A model generated the notes under the pieces. The model saw nothing but the letters and a program-made list of their open reading frames with translations, was not told where the DNA came from and did no database searches. DNA of 63,935 nucleotides, the filler included, from Pelomyxa schiedti (lineage: Eukaryota; Protista; Evosea), in assembly GCA_020536535.1 (NCBI GenBank). It is 7 parts of 7 records of this genome, joined end to end, with 100 filler letters (N's around TTAATTAATTAA, not from the genome) between each part and the next. Parts side by side here need not be neighbours in the genome. Positions count along the whole stretch, not along the records: positions 32,739 to 39,109 come from JAHLWZ010001427.1; positions 39,210 to 41,960 come from JAHLWZ010001901.1; positions 42,061 to 58,303 come from JAHLWZ010000056.1; 4 more parts are not named here. One strand, 5' to 3'. Positions 35,901 to 48,774 of the stretch are shown here, piece after piece (within the stretch, counting starts at the first letter, position 1; each line of letters opens with the position of its first letter). The position numbers and the translations under genes are program-made.

Positions 35901-38770
35901 TCCAGCTCCCACCCGCGGAACCTCACAGCACACAGCGCGCAGCAGCAGCCCGCGGCGTCGGCGGACCGCAGGGCCCCCGCCACCCTGTGGATGTCATAGT
36001 GCCGGTCGGTGTGCACCCGGATGAGCAAGCACTTGCTGCCTGCGGATATCGGGGATGCGCCACGGCGTGCTGCGGCGGGTGCACCTCGAGCTGCCCACGG
36101 CCAAGCCCGCATCCCTGCAGAAGTGCGGCTTGGAGCGATTTGGACATGTCCATGCTGGAGAAGGGATGATCGGGGACTAGAATCGTCAGGCCGGTGGTTT
36201 CGCCCACGGGGGCGCGTCCAGACGGTGGCCACCAAGAGTTTCGGTGGGTTGATTTCGTGCCTGTAGTGGGAAGCTGCGATGCAGCCACGGCAGTAATTAC
36301 GGGAGGAGGGGCCGTCGCAGGTGTATTGGTATGAGTGGAATTGATCAAAGTGATAGCATGGGATTGGCATATTTTCCCTCCTGCGGAGCCGGTTCCCCAA
36401 ATTTGGACGGGCTTGGGGTGCTGGCTGTATTGAAGTAGTTTCGTAGTAAACATCGATAATTTGGGCAGATGGAGTGTCATGCACAGACTTCTTTAGAAGA
36501 TACAAAAGGGATTCTACAGTATTTGAGTTATACGTCTTTACAAATGCAGTGTTGATAGCCTCATAACCAAATGGAGTGCTGGAGATTAAACAGAATGTCC
36601 TCAGCGCCGTGGATCATAATTTTGCCACAGGTGGGATATCCAGCCCGCTTACACCACCTGGCATTTCTAGAGAGTTTGCCTTCTTTGCTGAGTATAGTGG
36701 CAATGATCTCTATTGATGAGTTTACGGCTTTGACATATTCCAGGGATAAACTGGTGCAAGCTCTTCAATGCTAAAATTTGCACTTTGCATAATCCTGGAC
36801 ATTTCTTCATCACGAGGAGAACATCTTCCCATAGGGTGCCCGAAGAAGAGCCTGAGAAGTAGCAGGCAATTCCCCTCCAGACTGTGTTAAAGGGGACTCT
36901 CCGAAGGTAGGAGAACTGTTCTAATAATACTTGAATGTAACTCAAAAAGGTTTCTCCGGGGATATTGTGAGGCTGAAGATAATCGAAGGTACCAACTAGT
37001 ATTTTCAAGGCTTCTTGCTGTGTCTGCTTTTCCTTTTTTTTTAATATTCTGCCAGATGTGGAAGTATATCATACCCAATTTTCAATGCCTCTTCAAGCCC
37101 AGATTTAAATTTGATTAACCGCAGAAGAGCTCTCCATCTACTCTGTGAGATATACTCGTCTGTACTCAAGACGAATTCATATGTTCATAAACCCTGTGGG
37201 AAAGTATGCTAAATTTGCCTGTTAAAATTGCAGTGACTACTGGTTGTAGTTCACTCGGCACGTATGTTCTCCGCTCGGGTGTTATGAAGGCTACAAGTGT
37301 GGGCCATAGATAATAGAAGTTGGAGTAGGTCCTAACATTTCTATTGCTGTAGTAACTACAGGCTTCATTTTAGAGGCAACAACATCCTTCATGAATTTGT
37401 CCTGGACAAGGCTCATCACAGCTTTACATCCATTGACTATGTATGCTTTTTGAATCCGCCAGCACGTTGGCACAAGGATATCTAGCGCACCCAGTGTCCA
37501 CCTGTGGCACACTTACAACAGCCAGCACTCTATAAATGTACACACTTCAGAGGAGGAAAACGGGTTGCCCTGGCGATATATGTCACTTGTTGCCGTCAAT
37601 GAAAGCATAGTGTCCAAAACAGCTCGATGTGATTCAAACCTTGGGTAGTTCTCTAATGCAAGGAGAACAGGTAAGGCGAAATGGCTCAAAGGCCGCATGC
37701 TGTCTACAGCTTTAAGAACTTCTTGAATAGTTGGGTAGATCGTGGAGAATATGCGATTGGGCGGGGCGCTGAGAAGTATCGGCATTGTTTGGCAGCAAAC
37801 TACTTGCATACATCAAAATTGTATGGGTGAGAATTCAGTACTACCAGATAACTTCCATAAAGCCACCATAGGAGCGCTGATCGCAGTACTTGAAAGTCTT
37901 TGGAGCGCCGAAGGAGCGCATGCAGGGTGAAATTACACATGTTTTGGGTGTGCTGCTTAGATTACAGTCACAGTAACAGTGGCGCTTCAAACATTGCAAA
38001 GCTGGGGAAAAAAGGATGCGGTCTTCAGTGGCTGAAGCATCTATGGTGAGATTATTTGTTATCACTGCCAGCTTCTCAGTGAGTCTTAATGGTAAGTTTC
38101 TCTCCACTCCCCGTTCCTATTGGGAGTACAATGAATTTTCTGCCGAACATTAATCCGCAGAAGCTTGCACATCACGTCGGCTAGTTCTGGTGCCCCCTGG
38201 CTCTCTTTGCCAGTAAGATAAAGAAAGAACAGAAGGCCCGAGCATTGCTGTCAATCTCGGGCAAGAGGTTCGCGCAACGAGGACCAGACCTTGCAGACTG
38301 CAGCCAGTATATAGGCGGCGAGACTCGTGCCCATCGGGAAAACACATATTCAACAGCACCTTTAATATTGGACACATGGTATCCGCAGTGAGTAGCCTGG
38401 GCGATATGAGCCTCGAGAACAAAAAGACGGAGGCACCGACCTGCAGCCACAATTACGCTCGTCGTTGGGGTGGTTTCGAATGCCCGGAATGCCTTGATAA
38501 CCAAGGGAAGCATCCCATAACTGTAGACACGCCCTCGTCGAGGTTGTATTTCTGGCCATCACCGAGGGTGACAGGGAGGCGAGGGCTGAGGTGGTGAGGG
38601 AGCTCCCGAAGAAAGGAATTTGGCGGCGAGCGCGGAGCTCTCGGGAGGGAGAGCATGGAGTGGAGGGCCGCGAGGGACGAGGAGCTCAGGAGCAACCGGT
38701 CTGGGCACTCGACGGCGCACTGCAGGGCTAGCCCCCGACGAGGCGGTAGAGGAGTTCGTTCCCAGTGCAA
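35900..38770 (-). CDS. Probable large multi-exon hypothetical gene
   Basis: Chain of minus-strand ORFs separated by short intron-like GT..AG segments; no recognisable domain; boundaries approximate. Confidence 0.4.
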
Positions 38771-38819
38771 TTATGGCACGTCGTTTGCGTGCTCCTTCAA
38801 CGAAACCACGGATTCTGCG

Positions 38820-38940
38820 GCATATCTGGGTCAAAGGGCGGCTGTTTTTTTCCCTATCACTTTCCTGTAAAAAAAGCCGCCCGGCGGCTGTTTTAATAAG
38901 GAAAAAAAAATAAAACAGCCGCCCGGGCGGCTGTTTTACC
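38820..38940. repeat. Palindromic AAAACAGCCGCCC/GGGCGGCTGTTTT cluster; likely DNA-transposon end or MITE
   Basis: Reverse-complement homolog at 46135-46245 on another contig. Confidence 0.65.
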
Positions 38941-39454
38941 AATGGGGAAAAGCCATGTTTTTTCACTGTTTTTAACAGGTTTGAAGACTTTTTTTTGTTT
39001 TGTGAAGAACATATGTGGACCCTTGTGAAAAAACAGCTGCCACCTCACACCAAACAAGTGCAAGGTAAATTTTTGTATTGTTACAGTGCATTATCCTTGT
39101 GCAACCTTTNNNNNNNNNNNNNNNNNNNNNNNNNNNNNNNNNNNNNNNNNNNNTTAATTAATTAANNNNNNNNNNNNNNNNNNNNNNNNNNNNNNNNNNN
39201 NNNNNNNNNACACCTGCATTTTTAATGCAATTTCGCACACCACAGACCATTGCAAGCCAACACACCTGAAAAAAAGACCGACAGCCATCAAATTACCAGA
39301 ACCCGACGGTACCGACTTGGTTTTAAAATTTTAAGGCTACTCTAAAGACCCTGGTGCTTTTTGACGGGACTGCTCTAAAGGCCTTAAGGAACAGAAGTGA
39401 TTCGGATTCTCGCATTCACTCCCTCTTTTTTCCACAAAATCGAATTGTTTTGTC

Positions 39455-40786
39455 GTGACGGACTTGCTCATACACATCGACGCGCGGAGCCAATTTGTCG
39501 CACCGGGAGCGGGTGTGATTGTGGGACGGTGCGGCGCCCGCAGCCAGGCGGCGGCCCTGACGCCCCCTCTGCTGTCCCACATCGGTCGCGAGTGGGTCGT
39601 GCGCCCCTCGAAAAACGTAGTGGTGGAGCGGGCGACAGACGCGTTCTTTCTGAGCTTCGAGTACGTCCAGTTCGCCGTGTCGCCGACGCTCGGCCTCGCG
39701 AGTCCCCCGGCGCCACTCGCCGCCATTGCTCCCCGCGATGGGTTCTTCTTCACAGAGTTCTGTGGCTGGGTTGGTCCAAAGTACAAAGTAGACACCAACG
39801 AACGAGGGAGGATCCTCGTTCCCTCTGCTTCTGCTTCTGCTTCTGCTTCTGCTTCTGCTTCTGCTTCTGCTTCTGCTTCTGCTTCTGCTTCTGCTTCTGC
39901 TTCTGCTTCTGCTTCTGCTTCTGCTTCTGCTTCTGCTTCTGTGGATGATGGTGTGGATGGTGGTGTGGGTGGTGGGGGATTCTGTAGGTTTGGCCTGGTT
40001 GTGTTTGCTACGGCAGGGGATAGCGGCCGGGGGACACTGGTGGTGATTGACACAATGGGGAATGTGGGGCCTGTGAAGGTCACTGACTCGATGGAGACTT
40101 GGGGCCCACTCTTTGCTAGTGGGAGGTGGGTGGTCTGCACAGTGTCTGGGTCTGACCACAGGTCGATATCGGTGTGGGACCTCGATGGGATTGAGAGTGG
40201 AAGGGTCACTGGGGTGGCGAACCTGCAAATTCCGTGGCAGGTGCACACGGCCGCGTTTGTTGGTGGCAACTCACTCGCTATTTCACCCTCGGCCCCCCAT
40301 TGCCCTGAGGTGATGGTCATTGACTTGGTGGAAACTTTGGCACATAACAGGCTGGTTGCAATGTCGCCACTTGCTCTTCCCAAGGGGTACTTTGTAAACT
40401 ACCTGTGGTTCTGGAATGGAATGACATATGCGATACTGTTGGGAGATACTAAGCAGCTGTGTTGCCTCACAACTGGCAGAATGACTGCCTTGCCAGAAGG
40501 AATTTCTCGTCCAATTGGTGGTCCACACTTTATGGTAAGTTGCCACTGGTCTACCACCGACGTCTTCAGTGCTGTTGAACCAACAAGGGTGTGTTGCAGG
40601 CATCTGTGTGGCAGTGAAATGCAAAGGTGCGGAATGGGTTTTGGGAATGAGCTGCTCGTCAAGGACCCTCCTTCTGATGAAATGCAGAACAATTACTGTG
40701 AAGTCATTGATGCCTTGTCTGGTGTTGTGATTTTCCAAATGGCAAAGAAGCAGGGCTCATTTCCAGTTGTCAGTCGTATTTTTTGA
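39455..40786 (+). CDS. Lineage-expanded hypothetical protein ('ARSQFVA..GRCG' family) with (SA)n tract
   Basis: 443-aa ORF, IDARSQFVA..VGRCGARSQAAAL..LLSHIGREWV; the N-terminus lacks an ATG (GTG only), so possibly a pseudogene. Confidence 0.65.
   Translation: MTDLLIHIDARSQFVAPGAGVIVGRCGARSQAAALTPPLLSHIGREWVVRPSKNVVVERATDAFFLSFEYVQFAVSPTLGLASPPAPLAAIAPRDGFFFTEFCGWVGPKYKVDTNERGRILVPSASASASASASASASASASASASASASASASASASASASVDDGVDGGVGGGGFCRFGLVVFATAGDSGRGTLVVIDTMGNVGPVKVTDSMETWGPLFASGRWVVCTVSGSDHRSISVWDLDGIESGRVTGVANLQIPWQVHTAAFVGGNSLAISPSAPHCPEVMVIDLVETLAHNRLVAMSPLALPKGYFVNYLWFWNGMTYAILLGDTKQLCCLTTGRMTALPEGISRPIGGPHFMVSCHWSTTDVFSAVEPTRVCCRHLCGSEMQRCGMGFGNELLVKDPPSDEMQNNYCEVIDALSGVVIFQMAKKQGSFPVVSRIF
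39824..39940 (+). repeat. (TCTGCT)n hexamer microsatellite encoding poly(Ser-Ala)
   Basis: Direct inspection. Confidence 0.95.
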
Positions 40787-41457
40787 CGCAACAGCAAATA
40801 GTACTCTCTGGACCACTACCAACTAATTTGCGATCCCTTCAAGGAAAAACAACACTTAAGCTCCTGCCAACCCAGTCAGGCTTTTGCCAATGAATCAGGT
40901 TTACAGAACCCAGGAAATAACACCCAAAAAGCACAAAATTACAGTCAAATTGCAACTCTGCGGTTGATATTGTCTAAAAATCCTTGCTATTTTTGTTCAG
41001 TTGAGTGTCATTTTTTGTGGAAAACCTTGGTGTTCATAACAAACAGTTGTGTAAAATGCAAGGTGGCCACTGGTGTTCTTCATAGCATGGTACTGGTGGA
41101 GCAAGTTGCAACAGCAACGTGCAATAGTGTTACGTGGCACTTGTTTTAATGTATGCCTGTGTGAAGGTGTCAGTTTTGGCCCCATGCCAAAGGACATATC
41201 TAGACATAGTTAAAACAAGCTGATGCTCCGTGTGATGAAGTCTGATGATCTGTTACATAGACTGGGAAAAAAACTTACTTGGTGGCAACATAATAATAGA
41301 CAAGAGGATAAGAACAATAAAAAGAGGTTTCACCTGGGCCTTAAAACAAGTGTTTCCAGCAACACAACAACAGAAGGATTTTTGGAAAAGAACCAACCTT
41401 GTGATGCAGCTGGAATCCAGAACTTCACAAGTCGGTATGTATGATTCTCGTGGCTCT

Positions 41458-41960
41458 TTACTCTCGTGAGTTAAATCTTCTTGACTGCACCACTACAGAT
41501 TCATGGGTGGAACCTGAGGGAACTCCAATGGAGATCAAAAATCCAAAGCAGTCCTCAAGGCATTGCCATTGATACCCCTGCAAGAAGGGAGAGAAGTAAC
41601 CACGCCAGTCCCAGACAACATCCAGCACAAACAGAGTGATTGGCTTGTGCTGATAAGCATACTCGCAAAGTTGCAGAAATGCAGGCACTGTAAGGGCATC
41701 TTGTGTGTGGAGTGGAACATGCAGAGAGCTGAACAGCTGATCTTGCAGGCCATGCCCATGTCCTGGAAGCAAAAAGCCAACTTCAACAGACTGCACCCAG
41801 CATTTAGCAACCAGCATTCCACAGTACAGCAATGAAGTCAAGCATTGTCGAATGTCAAATAAAGCTTATTGTACCTGTAGTGGTTCTTGGCAGTGCCAGT
41901 AAGCATATCACGTGGAACAGGAAGGAACATTCGTGTGAGATTTTGGTGAAGGATGGAAAG
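41458..41960 (-). pseudogene. DDE/DDD transposase fragment (Sola-like)
   Basis: KLYLTFDNA* followed, out of frame, by LVAKCWVQSVEVGFLLPGHGHGLQDQLFS..VVWDWRGYF, resembling the 'LYLQxDN..FLxVGHTHxDxDQxFS' transposase core. Confidence 0.65.
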
Positions 41961-42060
41961 NNNNNNNNNNNNNNNNNNNNNNNNNNNNNNNNNNNNNNNN
42001 NNNNTTAATTAATTAANNNNNNNNNNNNNNNNNNNNNNNNNNNNNNNNNNNNNNNNNNNN

Positions 42061-43067
42061 TGAATCAACTGAAACTCTGAGGGTGAGGGTGAGAGTGTCA
42101 TGACACCCTCGCCACTGTATCTCCTCACTTCGCCATCTCGTTGTTCTGAAACTTCTGTTTCATCTGTGAATGTGCCAGTGAACTTGTCACCGTTTGGCCA
42201 CTCCATTGTGCCCTTGACAGGAACACCCCTCTCCCACACACCAGCGAACGATGACCCATCCCTGGCCCACCTCTTCGTCCCCTTCCCGTGCTCCTTGCCA
42301 TCCTCCCAGTCGCCCTGATACCTGTCACCGTTTGACCACAACCTCACACCCTCCCCATGGAACTCGTCATTCTTCCTCGCACCCACGTAGCTCCCTCCTG
42401 GGTCGTGGTGGCGTGTGCTGTTGTCACCAATGAGCATCCTCCCTGTCCCGCTCATCACATCGTGGTCCCACTCACCACAGTAGATCGTGCCTGTTTCCGG
42501 TGACCTCCACGTCCCATGGCCGTTCCTCTGGCCGTTGTTCCACCAACCCTCATACACAGTCACCATCACAGCTGCTGCCTGGTTCAGCTTGGCAGCAGCA
42601 GATTCTGTGATTGAAGCTTCAATGTAGGTACCAAAAAGGTCAATCATCCATTTCCTCCACACGCCCCACCCTTGTAGTTTGAAGGATGCTGCAGACTCAT
42701 CCCAAGCCCACTCGCCCTCCTTCACGTCGATCCCGTTTGAGTCGTGCCACGTTCCCCTCGTCCGTCGATCCCCACGCCACAGGCCCTCGTACCACCCCCC
42801 GTTTGTACAGCGCACCACACCCCACCCGTCAATTTTGTTGTTGTTCCACTCGCCGTCGTACGTCCCACCGTCTGGCCAGGTGTAGGTCCCTCGGCCGTGC
42901 TTCAGGCCGTCCCTCCAGTCTCCGTCGTAGGTGTGCTGGCCGCCGGGGCCCTGCCACGTGAACTTGCCCCTGCCGTCGCGTTTGTTGTTGACCAGCCGAC
43001 CTGTGTACACACCGCCAGCCAACTTCGCGTTCTCAACAGACTCAACGGCACATCGTCTCGTTGCCAT
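42061..43067 (-). CDS. MORN-repeat protein, copy C (3' truncated by contig end)
   Basis: Repeated YxGxWxxGxxHGxG units. Confidence 0.88.
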
Positions 43068-43185
43068 TGGTTCACAAAAAGTAGGATGAAATTTGATCCT
43101 TCACTGTCTTGCTAGTTGCCATTTGTTAGTTTTTAAAACTTAATTATTCCAATACGAGAGATGAACAGCACTAGGGAACTGCAGA

Positions 43186-45479
43186 TCAGAGGAACGACCT
43201 GTGCTGGATTTGAGCACGGCATAATGGGCACTTCCTCACGTTCGATGAGCACTGTTTGTGTTGTTGTTGGTGGCACCAGAGTTAGTTTTGGTGATGACTG
43301 TTGTGTGGGTTGTGGTGGTGGTAAATACCTCAGAACAGCAGACAGTGTGGCCACATGGATGGAACATGACGTTGCGTGGCCTCTCGTCGCACACGATGCA
43401 ATCAGTGTTGCTTGTGATCTTGATCCCTCCTTGCTTTTGTGGTTGTGGGTGAATGCTGCTGTTTGTTACCGTTTCTGTTGTGCTTCTCGGTGGGATGGAG
43501 GCAGAGCCAGAAGCAGTGCACCCAGCCTGCTGCTGCGAACCTGGTGGCACTTTCCCTGACGTGAACTTTGCCAATGTGATATCCATGACCACCTGTTGTG
43601 CACGAGGCAGCAACTCGGAGAGCTGATGCCACACATCAGGGTGCGACATGAAACTCTCGTCACCCTCAAGACCACGCATCACCATGTACTTGCGTGAGTA
43701 TCCCTCGTTGAGGCCCTGGCATGCTGCAAAGAGCTCCCCGATTTCATCATGGAGACCTTGACACAGGGTGAATTGTGAATCACACTCCTTCTGGAACAGT
43801 GTGTGCTGCTCGATGACCTTGCTGCAGCTGTCAAACGTACATCCTTCTTGAATCCGTGATGCTCCCTCGGTGATCTCTCTCAACAGCAGCGATAAAGGCT
43901 CCAATGAAGAAGAGGAGGAGGGTGGAGATTGTTCCAACAAGGTTTGCAACTGCAACCATGGTTTGAGAGTCATCAACTCGTTGATGTCTGTGGGGGTTGT
44001 TGAATCAGTTGTGTTATTCACGGTGCTTACCTTGGACTGGTCTTGTTCCTCGCTGTTCATCATTGATTGCTGATGATGACGGTTTGATTCCAAGAAGTTT
44101 TTGCATCAACAATGAAATATTTCTGGAGCACTGCCATATCTCTGACTCACTGCTCTCCACTGCCAGTGTTTGCCCAAGAATCTCCTTGCACCTTCTTTCA
44201 GACTCCTCAACTGCCTTGTCGAGTGCCTCTCTCAGATTTGCCAGTTCGCTCAAGTGAACGGCCAGTTCCTGGTTCCTTTCAGTGGCACTTTCAAGGGACT
44301 GCTTCAGTGATGAGACTGAGACTGACTCCTCAAGTGAGACCAACAAAGGTGCTGTGTTTTTCAACTGTGATCGTAACTTGGTGGCAACCTTGAATGTTGT
44401 GTTCAGTTCAGACAGTGCCTGTGATGGCTCGCGTTGGTGTTGGCTTGCTTCAACAGTTGAAGTGTCGTTCACCACAAGAAATTGTAATGAATCACCTTCT
44501 TCCAGTGCTTTTTGTTTGGTCAATTCCTGCCATTGTTGTTTTGTTTTTTAACTTACGAAGAACAACCCAGGTGGCTGCACACCTTGATCGACAGTTGAGC
44601 TGCATTCGACTTGGTCTGAAGATTTGCCCTTTCAGTGTTCGCCTTGGTGGTGTTTGTCTCCCTATCTTTTTGGAGTTCCTCTAGAAATTGTACATGTTGA
44701 ATTTGAACCAAGAGTTCCACTTGAAGCTGGTCTCTTTCGTCACTCAAATGCTTTTAATGAAATGAATTGAATTCAAGAGGATAAGAGCTGTACCTTTATC
44801 TTCTTTTCTGCAGTGTTCAAACGTGGTGGTGGAGTGTGCTGTTGTCACCAATGAGCATCCTCCCTGTCCCACACATCACACCATGGTCCCACTCACCACA
44901 CCAAATCGTGCCTGACTCTGGTGACCTCCACATCCCATGGCCATGCCTCTGGCCGTTGTCCCACTCACCCTCATACACAGTCACCATCACAATTGCTTTC
45001 TCACGCTTGGCAGCAGCAGATCCTGTTGCTTCAGTGTAGGTACCCGAACCCAAGTCGATCATCCGCTTCCTCCACACGCCCCACCCTTGGAGTTTGTAGG
45101 AGTTGGTGGACTCATTCCAAACCCACTCGCCCTCCTTCACGTCGACCCCGTTTGGGTCGTGCCACGTTCCCCTCGTGAGTCTGCCCCGGCGCCACAGGCC
45201 CTCGTGCCGCCCCCCACCTGCGAGGCACTCCACACCCCACCCGTCCCTGATGCCGTCGCTCCACTCGCCGTCGTATGTCCCACCGTCTGGCCAGGTGTAA
45301 GTCCCTCGGCCGTGCTTCAGTTTGACCCTCCAGTCGCCGTCGTAGGTGTGCTGCCCGTCCTTTTTCTGCAACGTGAACTTGCCCCTGCCGTCTCGTTTGT
45401 TGTTGACCAGCCGACCTGTGTACACACCGCCAGCCAACTTCGCGTTCTCAACAGACTCAACGGCACATCGTCTCAACAT
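43186..45479 (-). CDS. MORN-repeat / coiled-coil / C3HC4 RING protein, copy B (fewer MORN repeats)
   Basis: MORN exon 44817-45479, coiled-coil exons, then CIVCDERPRNVMFHPCGHTVCCSE|CSSNVRKCPLCR. Joining of the exons is inferred from copy A. Confidence 0.72.
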
Positions 45480-45484
45480 TCGGT

Positions 45485-45750
45485 TGTTTCTTGTTTCTTG
45501 TTTCTTGTTTCTTGTTTCTTGTTTCTTGTTTCTTGTTGTGTGTTGTGTGTTGTGTGTTGTGTGTTGTGTTCTTCAGTGTGTTTGTGTCAGTGTTGGGCAA
45601 GTTATTCTGAGGGTGTTGGTGTGGGTTTGTGTTGGCCTCAGTGCAGGCAAGGCGTTGGTGTTGGTGTTGGTGGTGTTGGTGGTGTTGGTGGTGTTGGCGT
45701 AGGTGTAGGCGGTGTAGGCGTCGTCGTCGGCGTCGGCGTCGGCGTCGTAG
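45485..45750. repeat. Compound microsatellites (TTGTTTC)n, (TGTGTGT)n, (GGTGTT)n, (GGCGTC)n
   Basis: Direct inspection. Confidence 0.85.
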
Positions 45751-46134
45751 GTGCAGGTGTATTACGTGGGCTGTTCGGGTCAGCCCTGGCGGTGAGGGGC
45801 TGGCATCGTTGTAGGCCTCAGTGGCACAGCTGATGGCGTGGGCGCCGGCGCTGTTGGGTAAACCTTCACTCGTCTGTTGCTGCTGTTGTTCCCAACACCG
45901 CCGCTCGACGCCTACACATACGTGGGTGCCGACACCCACATCGACACCTAAGCCTTTTCTGATCGAAAAAACGGAGACTGGAAACATCTGTTGCCGAAGA
46001 CTGAGGCAGAGTACTGTTGTTGTTGCTGCCCCGTTTTACTTCTCCCTATTGTTGTACTACACTGTTGTTTTGATAGTCTCGCCCACAAGGGGACACATTT
46101 TCCTTTCATGCCCACCACTTCCTGAAGTACTTCA

Positions 46135-46245
46135 GACAGCCGCCCCTTGGGGCGGCTGTTTTGCACATGGTAGCCGCCCAAAAAAAGGGCTGTTTTTACA
46201 GGAATTTGACAGGCCGGAAAACAGCCGCCCTTTGATCCAGATATG
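46135..46245. repeat. CAGCCGCCC palindrome cluster, second copy
   Basis: Homologous to 38820-38940. Confidence 0.65.
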
Positions 46246-46913
46246 TTGTTTACAAGTACGATGGACTTTTAATTAGGCAAGAGAGGGCACAAAGGACAAC
46301 AGAAACTCATCACTGGGGGATGGGCTGATGAAGGTGTGTTGTATTATCCTCTCTTCTTTCATGATTGTTTGTTGCCGGTTGCTGTTGTTCTGTTTGTGTT
46401 GCTGGCCCGTTTTCTGTGTGATTTGTGTTTGTTGCCGCGTGGGTTTGCTGTAGTTGTTTGTTGGACCACCGCATTTTCTGCGTTGTTGTTGCAGGTGGTG
46501 CTGGTTTTTGACGATGTTGATGATTGTGGTGGTGTGCCTGTTGGCTTTAATGATGCCGAGGGTGTTGTTGGCCTCGATCCTGTTGGTGATGATGACGTTG
46601 TTGATGGCGTTGATGGCCTCGATCCGGCCGCTGTTGTTGTTGCTGTTGTTGATAGCGGGGGTGGTGTGAGTGAATTGCCGGGCGGCGGTGGAGGGAAAAA
46701 TGTCGCTTGTGGGATGATGTTGTTGTTTTGTTGAGTTGATGTTGTACAGTTTGTGGGGGTTGTTGCTCTGTTCCGGATTGTATTTGCGTTGAAACGAGGT
46801 TGCAGGGGTGGAANNNNNNNNNNNNNNNNNNNNNNNNNNNNNNNNNNNNNNNNNNNNNNNNNNNNNNNNNNNNNNNNNNNNNNNNNNNNNNNNNNNNNNN
46901 NNNNNNNNNNNNN

Positions 46914-48774
46914 ATCTGAGGTGGACTGGAGGGAATTTCTGGAATAGGAAGTGTCAACTCAGGACACTCTACAGGCAGTACTAATCAGGCTTGGAGGTTG
47001 TTTCCCTGCTTCTCAACGTGGCCTCAAAACTTGGTACCTTGACATTCATGATTTGCTCTCTGTTCCTTCACCCTGAATCCAAAGTGTGCCCACGTTCCCC
47101 AATTTGGATGGGATTGGGGAGATTTAACACAATTTGTATGCACATTGGAGAGCTGAATTCGTGCCCAAGTTGGTAGTGGAAACCCAAAGTGGGGAATCTC
47201 TCCATACCACTAAGTCAGACGCGAAGTCGATTAGCTCCAACCGGGAAGGGACCAACGCACCCAGGATTAATTAACTGAGTTCATTGTTTGTGCACTTGTC
47301 TCCTCTCATTTGGTGCAGACTGCAGCAAGACAATCTGACTTGGTGCTTAGTGTGTGGAGTTTCGGGGAACATGTTGTTTTTGTCGCTTTCGTTTCAATTG
47401 CAAAGAAGGAATACATAAAATAAAAATTTTTGCCGTTTGGTGGCCGGGTAACGGTGGATGGTGCGACAGAACGTCGCATTTTGGTGACACAGGTTGTTCA
47501 GTTGTCGGTATCGGTTTAATTTTTTATTTTATGTTGAGATCGCACCAGTCTTTGTTGTTTCTCGGTTTTGTTTTGGTTTTTTTTCTCGAGGCGACGCTTC
47601 ACACAGTTCTTTTTGTGTTACTTTGTTTTTCTTTGTCTCGTTTGTTTTATTTTGTTTGGCTAGTCTTGTTTTTGTTTTTGTTTTTGTTCTTGTTCTCGTT
47701 CTCACAACAACACAGGTCATTGAAGATTCAATGACGAGGAGAAGGGGCACAGCGGTATGTTTCCATTTCTCTTCTCCGTTTTTCTTTTTCGATTCTCACA
47801 TTTGAAAGGTGGTGTGGATGTCAGCATGCGTGTGTGGCTCGGCTCCATTCCACCGGTATTCCTCTTCTTTGTGTCCCCTTCTCCTCGTCATTGAATCTTC
47901 AATGACCTGTGTTGTTGTGAGAACGAGAACAAGAACAAGAACAAAAACAAAAACAAAAACAAAAACAAAAACAAAAACAAGAACAAAAACAAGACTAGGC
48001 AAACGAAATAAAACAAACGAGACAAAGAAAAACAAAGTAACAAAAAGAACTGTGTGAAGCGTCGCCTCAACAGTTCGAGAAAAAAAAACCAAAACAAAAC
48101 CGAGAATCAACAAAGACTGGTGCGATCTCAACATAAAATAAAAAAATTAAAAACAAGCACATTGGGGAAAAAAAAACCGATACCGACGACTGACCCTGTG
48201 TCACCAAACTGCGACGTTCTGTCGCACCTTCCACCGTTAGCCGGCCACCAAACGGCAAAAATTTTTATTTTATGTATTCCTTCTTTGCAATTGAAACGAA
48301 AGTGACAAAAACAACATGTTCCCCGAAACTCCACACACTTAGCACCAAGTCAGATTGTCTTGCTGCAGTCTGCACCAAATGAGAGGAGACAAGTGCACAA
48401 ACAATGAACTCAGTTAATTAATCCTGGGTGCGTTGGTCCCTTCCCGGTTGGAGCTAATCGACTTCGCGTCTGACTTAGTGGTATGGAGAGATTCCCCACT
48501 TTGGGTTTCCACTACCAACTTGGGCACGAATTCAGCTCTCCAATGTGCATACAAATTGTGTTAAATCTCCCCAATCCCATCCAAATTGGGGAACGTGGGC
48601 ACACTTTGGATTCAGGGTGAAGGAACAGAGAGCAAATCATGAATGTCAAGGTACCAAGTTTTGAGGCCACGTTGAGAAGCAGGGAAACAACCTCCAAGCC
48701 TGATTAGTACTGCCTGTAGAGTGTCCTGAGTTGACACTTCCTATTCCAGAAATTCCCTCCAGTCCACCTCAGAT
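46914..48774. repeat. Large inverted repeat (arms ~46914-47751 and ~47870-48774, ~120 bp spacer)
   Basis: Identical 61-aa ORF on opposite strands (46991+ and 48697-); outer arms essentially identical, inner arms slightly diverged. Confidence 0.92.

Noticed and set aside
36667-38770. Same-frame ORFs separated by TAA/TAG, suggesting stop-codon reassignment
   Set aside because: Several stops fall in plausible short GT..AG introns, in-frame TGA also occurs, and conserved genes elsewhere in the window end in TAA/TAG.
39337-40383. Antisense ORFs with (EA)n, (RS)n or (FC)n tracts
   Set aside because: Shadows of the TCTGCT microsatellite within the plus-strand gene.
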